Origin: Aduncisulcus paluster
Lineage: Eukaryota
Assembly: GCA_024181965.1 (NCBI GenBank)
Contig: BQXS01012765.1
Span: 1-40,770, forward strand
Direction: 5' to 3'
Length of the DNA: 40,770 nt
The notes beneath the pieces are model-generated. The model saw only the letters and a list, made by a program, of their open reading frames with translations, was not told the origin of the DNA and ran no database searches. The translations under genes were made by a program, and so were the position numbers. This document shows, piece by piece, positions 35,486 to 40,770 of the stretch (the stretch's first letter is position 1; each line of letters opens with the position of its first letter).

Positions 35486-35776
35486 AAATAGATAGCCAGC
35501 AGGACACTCTCGACGATAAGAAACGGCAATTTCCATTGAGACTCCAGAGGAGGGGCAATTATAGAGTGTAATTGGAACAAAAGAGAAGTGAGATTGACAA
35601 TCTCGAAGCCAGCATGAAAGATATCTAGGAAATTTTTGAAAAAAAAAAATTGAGATTTAAACAGGGGGGAATATGACAACATGAAGTATAAGATGCCTTG
35701 TAATGAGGTGGAGAAAACTTTGAATGATCCAAGTTAAATAGGATAATGAAAATATCTTTGGTCAACAATAAGAAAT

Positions 35777-36676
35777 TTAGAAATCTTTAAACTGTTCTTT
35801 AATTCCTCCCCATACGCTTGAAAAGAATTTCTTTGCCCCATCAACAAATGCTTTTCCCTTGCTGGATCCATCTTCAGACGAGGGTGAAGGTTTTTTGGGG
35901 CGAGAACACCGTGTTTCTGTAGCCGACCTTCCATCTGCCTCAGGGTAAGAATCTTCTTCATCCCTGTGAGAAATTGATGATTTTTTTGAATAGGAATGGG
36001 ATGGTTCCTTCTTCCCGAAACTGGCAAAATCATCATCATCCAAATCCTCCTCTACACCAGAGAAAAAGGGCTGTGGGTATTCATAAACTCGTGAAGGCGA
36101 TGGTTTAGTTGTTTTTAGTTTTGGTTTGGCTGAAGGTTTCGAGGAAGTTGTTGGTTTGGGGGATGTTATCTTTGGGGTCATAGCTGGACTAGGTTTTGAA
36201 ATAACTGGTTTTGATGGCGCAGGAACACTAATAGGTGTCCTTCTTTCTTTTACATCTGATGAAGATGAGACCTTTTGAGAAATAATATCACGATATGAAC
36301 CAGCTTTATCAGATGAATAGAAATCTTCTCTACTACCGGTCATTGGACCGAGAAATGCTCTAGCTTTTGAATTGCCTCCAAGTTCTACTGTTTTTATCTG
36401 CTTTTCGGTCCAATTATCAAGTGAACATGAACGAACTTTTGAGAGGTGAGTTCCAAGACCTCTATGAGCTCCGGCACATGATACACAAATAAATATTCCA
36501 TAAGAAAGGGAGGCCCAATCAGGATTTGGAGATTGACAATCAAAACATTTCTAAATTATTGAGATTAGGACAAATTTGAATTTGAGTAAATCAAATTAAA
36601 AACGATTAAGAAATAAAAGACATACTGTGTTTCCTTTTGCTTTTCTGAGCTGTCTAAGTCTACTTTGAGAAGACAT
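35777..36676 (-). CDS. ADP-ribosylation factor GTPase-activating protein (ArfGAP1/Gcs1-like), intron 36551-36625
   Basis: Spliced N-terminus [58 protein letters not shown] contains the CxxC-x16-CxxC-x4-R ArfGAP motif; the ORF track shows only the C-terminal part. Confidence 0.93.
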
Positions 36677-36868
36677 TAGCGTGTGTGCTACCCAATATGA
36701 AAGTTCCTACACAGATGAAGTCAGGTAGCGAATTACAACCACCAAAAAAAATTAGATGCTCCTATTTCATTCAATCAATTATCAAATCAAATCAATATTG
36801 GAGTGGAATAAAATATTCCTTATCAGAAGATAAGTGAATCGAATCATTCTGATTTGCACAACAACAAC

Positions 36869-37588
36869 ATGGCTGAACCTGTTAAACTGGGTGTATGTGT
36901 TTATTAAATTCAATGAAAGTTGATTTATTTCCTTATTTTGATTTTTCAACGCCTTAATTTATGGTGACATGTCTTTTTTTTCCTTTTCATTATTCAGACG
37001 ACAATCATGTCGGTAAAATATGCTGGGGGAGTTATTTTAGGAGCTGATACAAGAACAAGTGCTGGATCATATGTGGCTAATCGTGTATCCTATAAAATCA
37101 GCAAATTATCAGATAGAATCTATTGTTGTCGGTCTGGTTCGGCCGCTGATACAAGATTCTTAGCAGATGTAACCAAGACTAACTTGAGCATGCATAGTAG
37201 TATCATAGAAGAACCTCCCCTTGTTAGAACTGCCGCGAGATTAATGAGACATTACACATACGCATATAGAGAACATCTGTCAGCTGGACTTATTGTTGCT
37301 GGTGTAGATGAAATAGAAGGACCAAAGGTATTCCAATTGCCTTCAGGTGGGAGTGCCATCGAAATTCCAGTCGCAATTGGTGGGTCTGGTTCAACATTTA
37401 TCACCGCTTTCGTGGACGCAAACTATCGTCCTGATATGAACAAAGCTGAAGCACTTCAATTTGTAATTAGAGCTATTTCTCATGCTATGGATAGAGATGG
37501 ATCTAGTGGTGGTATCATCAGGACTGTCGTTATTCCTGAGAGTGAAGATGAGGAAGTTGCTGAAGAATGGCATAAGACTGTTCTTTAA
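36869..37588 (+). CDS. PSMB6: 20S proteasome subunit beta1 (PSMB6/Pre3), intron 36893-36997
   Basis: MAEPVKLG|TTIMSVKYAGGVILGADTRTSAGSYVANRV..CCRSGSAADT..GGSGS..RDGSSGG. Confidence 0.95.
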
Positions 37589-37787
37589 TTCAAATAAATA
37601 TTTCTTACTTTTACTGTGGTTGGAATCAGATGAGTTCATTGGTTGGGAAAGTTTTTATTAGCTCATGTTCTGAGAACTGGTTCTCATTAATATTATTCCG
37701 TGAAAACACAATGGTTTACGTATTTATCCTCATGATGGTAACAGGAAATTGCTCGTAAGGCACCCCGCAAATAATTATAAATAATTA

Positions 37788-37897
37788 CGGCCTCTGTCGG
37801 GAATTGAACCCAAACTTTCCACACAAGAATACAAAATTTTTCCATTGGAAAATTTTCGAAAATGTAGATGGACGTTCTTCCATTAAACTACCGGACC
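37788..37897 (-). tRNA. atypical tRNA-like gene, isotype undetermined, ~38-nt insertion in the anticodon arm
   Basis: GGTCCGG TA GTTT AATGGAA GAAC G TCCA-[47 nt]-TGGA AAGT TTGGG TTCAATT CCCGA CAGAGGCC G; A- and B-box-like sequences present. Confidence 0.7.
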
Positions 37898-38060
37898 TTG
37901 TAGTTGTAGTGTCAAAAATATTTCGTAGTCTTTTGAATTTATGTTTATGCCGGATAGAATGATGATATTTATAAATCAATAAATTTGTGCTCCTATATAC
38001 ATAGTGGTATCATTAAACTACACCTTCAAAGGGTCTGCTATAACGGAAAAAATAATATTC

Positions 38061-38066
38061 AAAAAA
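38061..38066 (-). terminator. Pol III-type T6 terminator of the 38067-38161 tRNA-like gene
   Basis: TTTTTT directly follows the discriminator G on the minus strand. Confidence 0.6.
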
Positions 38067-38161
38067 CGGTTTCTATGAGGAATCGAACCTCAACCTTCCA
38101 AACTAGAGTAAATTTTTCAATGAAAAAGTAGATGGATGTTCTCCCATTAAACTATTGAACC
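38067..38161 (-). tRNA. atypical tRNA-like gene, isotype undetermined, ~23-nt insertion in the anticodon arm
   Basis: GGTTCAA TA GTTT AATGGGA GAAC A TCCA-[32 nt]-TGGA AGGT TGAGG TTCGATT CCTCA TAGAAACC G; canonical B box GGTTCGATTCC. Confidence 0.75.
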
Positions 38162-38486
38162 AATTGGTCTTATTCGAAGACTCAAATCAATCTGATTCAA
38201 ATGATTTGAAATAATTTCAAGCCCAGAAAGAGAAAATTTTAAAAATGGCATTTTCGACACTATCAGGGATTCATCTGGTTAATTAGAGAACATAATATGA
38301 TCTCTTGTGTTAATTATAATATTTTGTCCTATTTATAGTATGATTTCATCTGTGGTAATCATTTTTCTAGACTACATCCATTCTTTGGTGGAATATAAGA
38401 TATTCCTATTTTCTCGTCCCATTCCGGGTTGTATTTGATTCGATGATTAATTCATTGGTATAATATTCTTTTCAAATACTTCTATA

Positions 38487-40770
38487 ATGGGTTCTCTTCA
38501 GTTCTTATTGAAAGATCGTATTTCCCATCAAACCTGTGTTGTAATAACCCCACAAGATTGTGAAATATGTTCATCCTTTGAAATTATTTCGATAGTTAAT
38601 TTATTTAATGATAAATTCATTTGTGTTGTAATACCAAAGAAAGGAATATTGGTTCATGTTCCCAATATTAAATCATTCCGCAAGTTTTCAAAGATTCACT
38701 TAAAAATTTTATCGCGATGGAGTTTGAAAGAGTTTCATTATATTAATTTTCCCGAGCTTTTTCAAGTGATTTTTCTCCATCATCTTGCTCAAAATCTTCG
38801 AGATAGTGGATTCTTTACTATGAAACGGGAATCAAAATTATTAATTGTTCAAACCCACTCTACCTCGAAGTTGGATGGCAAAGATTCTGTTTTGCATTCT
38901 GGTGAATTTGGACATGGTGTTTGGCTTGATTTAGCTGTTTCCCCTCTTTTAGAAAAGGATTTTTCTGATGAAAAATCTTCTGATTCCGAAGAAATAATGT
39001 CCAAAAATGATTCAAATGATGAAAATATTCCTGAATTCAAAACATTGTGTATTGAACTAACTATTTCGCCAATTTGTATTGACCCCGAGTCATTGTCTCA
39101 TTTTTTACGCTCTTCGTGTTCTTTGTGTAATTTTTCTGAATCTAAAGGCGATCATATTGGAGTCAATCCATCTACTGGTTTTGAAGCCAATGAAATATTG
39201 TTTTGCTTTCCTTTGTTTACGCCTGTCCAAGCCATCTCATCTTTTCCTGTTTCTTCTTCTTTATACGGCTCTATTTCAGCCTTGTGGTGGTCTCTTTTTT
39301 GTTTGGATCTTTCTATCCCCTCCAAACCTCATTCCCCTTGTCTGATGACTGAAATATGTGTTGAGGATGTGTGGGATGGTGCAATCGATGGTTCAATCCC
39401 CTCTGAGGATATTTGTGAGTTTATTCCAGCGGGAACAGAGTGTTTATCACCGTGTTCTATCGTTATCCCCTCTATATGTCTGTCTGACCTTCCAGGATGG
39501 GGTTGTAGGGATGGAATTGAATGGTTCGGACAGAAGATTGTCGAACACATTGTGAAAGCCACATTGATGATGGCAGATCTTAAGGATTGTCATGAATATG
39601 ATGGTGATTCCTTGCAACCTGATTGTTATCATGAACCTAAAATAATGACCTCCGCTTCTTCTTCTTCTTGCTGTCTGTTAACATCTGCAGCTTCATTGCT
39701 ATCTCCAACCAGTCATCTCCATGGTCCAAAAACACTATCGTCTCGTCATTCCCAACAATCAAAGGCAACCTTATTCACCGATAGAAAAGGGGGGAATATA
39801 AATAGATCTAGAAGTAACAGCTGTAGAAACATTCTATTTTCTATTTTTGGAACTGAGAAAGTTTATTGTGAACCGATTGGGAGAGATGAGGAAGAAAGGA
39901 TTCAAAAGGCCAGACTCTTGTCCAAATTGGCCCAAGATCAAATGATTGAGAGAGATCTTGAATCTAGAGAAAAGAGAAAAGCTGAGGAAGAGGACATTAT
40001 GTTTTTGGATTCTGCTGAACGAATACATCATCTCATTGACCATGATCTTAGAGATTCTCAATGCTTATCTTCTCAATGCTTATCTTCTGATGCTGTCAAA
40101 GGAACTCAAGAGAAAGAATATATTTGTGATCACAATGGAATTAATGCTTCTTCTCGTTCTTGTTCTGCTTCATTTCTTCCTTGGGTTGCAAAGAAAAAGA
40201 GGAGGCAGGAGGAACGAGCAAAAGAAGAGGAGAGGAAGAGAAGGAGAGAGATTTATAAGACTAGAGGGGCTCAAGGGCAAAAGATGTCCAAATTGTCTAA
40301 AAATGATAGTTCCAAGGTTTCGAAGAAGAGGAAAGTGAAAGGAAAAGAAGAAGAAGAAGATTTATCAACTTCATCGAAAGCTTCGTCAAGTGTGATTGCC
40401 TTCATTTCGTCATTCATGACAAATCAATCAAATGAAGTGCTCGGTCACGAAGCTGACAATCAAACCAAAAGGAAGAAGAAGAAGAAAAAGAGGAGAAGAA
40501 AGAAAGAGGAGAAAGAAAAAGATGAAGAAGAAGAGGAGGAGGAAAAGAAAAAAGCTGTCGGAGTTGGATCTCGTGAGCATTCTGGATGTCTGGAAAGTGT
40601 TGATATGAAGAATCATAATTCGTTATATACGGATTCTGCATTGAATGATGAAGTTGAAGTTGGGAAGAAAGTCACTTTGAAGAAGAAAAGGAGGAAGAAA
40701 CATAAGGAGAAAGAGAAAGAAAGTGTCAGGAAGGATGATGATTCTTTGGAAGGAAAAGAAGAAGAGAAAG
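38487..40770 (+). CDS. 3'-partial hypothetical protein (>760 aa) with K/E-rich low-complexity C-terminal region
   Basis: By my translation the frame from ATG 38487 (MGSLQFLLKDRISHQT...) has no stop before the window end, which explains its absence from the ORF track. Confidence 0.8.
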   Translation, partial: MGSLQFLLKDRISHQTCVVITPQDCEICSSFEIISIVNLFNDKFICVVIPKKGILVHVPNIKSFRKFSKIHLKILSRWSLKEFHYINFPELFQVIFLHHLAQNLRDSGFFTMKRESKLLIVQTHSTSKLDGKDSVLHSGEFGHGVWLDLAVSPLLEKDFSDEKSSDSEEIMSKNDSNDENIPEFKTLCIELTISPICIDPESLSHFLRSSCSLCNFSESKGDHIGVNPSTGFEANEILFCFPLFTPVQAISSFPVSSSLYGSISALWWSLFCLDLSIPSKPHSPCLMTEICVEDVWDGAIDGSIPSEDICEFIPAGTECLSPCSIVIPSICLSDLPGWGCRDGIEWFGQKIVEHIVKATLMMADLKDCHEYDGDSLQPDCYHEPKIMTSASSSSCCLLTSAASLLSPTSHLHGPKTLSSRHSQQSKATLFTDRKGGNINRSRSNSCRNILFSIFGTEKVYCEPIGRDEEERIQKARLLSKLAQDQMIERDLESREKRKAEEEDIMFLDSAERIHHLIDHDLRDSQCLSSQCLSSDAVKGTQEKEYICDHNGINASSRSCSASFLPWVAKKKRRQEERAKEEERKRRREIYKTRGAQGQKMSKLSKNDSSKVSKKRKVKGKEEEEDLSTSSKASSSVIAFISSFMTNQSNEVLGHEADNQTKRKKKKKKRRRKKEEKEKDEEEEEEEKKKAVGVGSREHSGCLESVDMKNHNSLYTDSALNDEVEVGKKVTLKKKRRKKHKEKEKESVRKDDDSLEGKEEEK

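Noticed and set aside
38255-38450. GACACTATCAGGGATTCATCT resembling U3 snoRNA boxes A'/A, divergent from a tRNA-like gene
   Set aside because: No convincing boxes B, C and D at suitable spacing downstream.
1-40770. Alternative genetic code (TAR=Gln as in hexamitid diplomonads)
   Set aside because: Multi-kb ORFs are open under the standard code, and conserved proteins end correctly at TAA (H4, beta1) and TAG (Rpn12).
1-40770. CRISPR arrays, operons, prokaryotic defence systems or transposase/RT genes
   Set aside because: The sequence is eukaryotic; no regularly spaced repeat-spacer array and no transposase or reverse-transcriptase motifs were found.

Overview
Gene-dense, AT-rich eukaryotic (protist) genomic scaffold using the standard genetic code, with short intergenic spacers and a few short GT-AG introns near gene 5' ends. 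Gene style and content fit an anaerobic free-living protist such as a fornicate/metamonad (inference). About 18 protein genes are present: an RME-8/DNAJC13-like giant protein, a RING protein, a Nudix hydrolase, proteasome Rpn12 and beta1, a METTL2/6-type tRNA m3C methyltransferase, kinesin-3, a divergent histone H4, a bacterial-type Fe-alcohol dehydrogenase, an ArfGAP and several hypotheticals. Six 20-N gaps are each flanked by duplicated overlaps (scaffolding artefacts) that split genes in the ORF track. Two features stand out. (1) A tandem pair of tRNA-like genes (37788-37897, 38067-38161, minus strand) keeps the cloverleaf by compensatory substitutions, yet both copies share the same abnormal acceptor stem and carry hairpin insertions in the anticodon arm; one splice register gives CUU and amber-reading CUA anticodons. 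(2) Near-perfect ~259-bp inverted repeats bracket the Fe-ADH gene.
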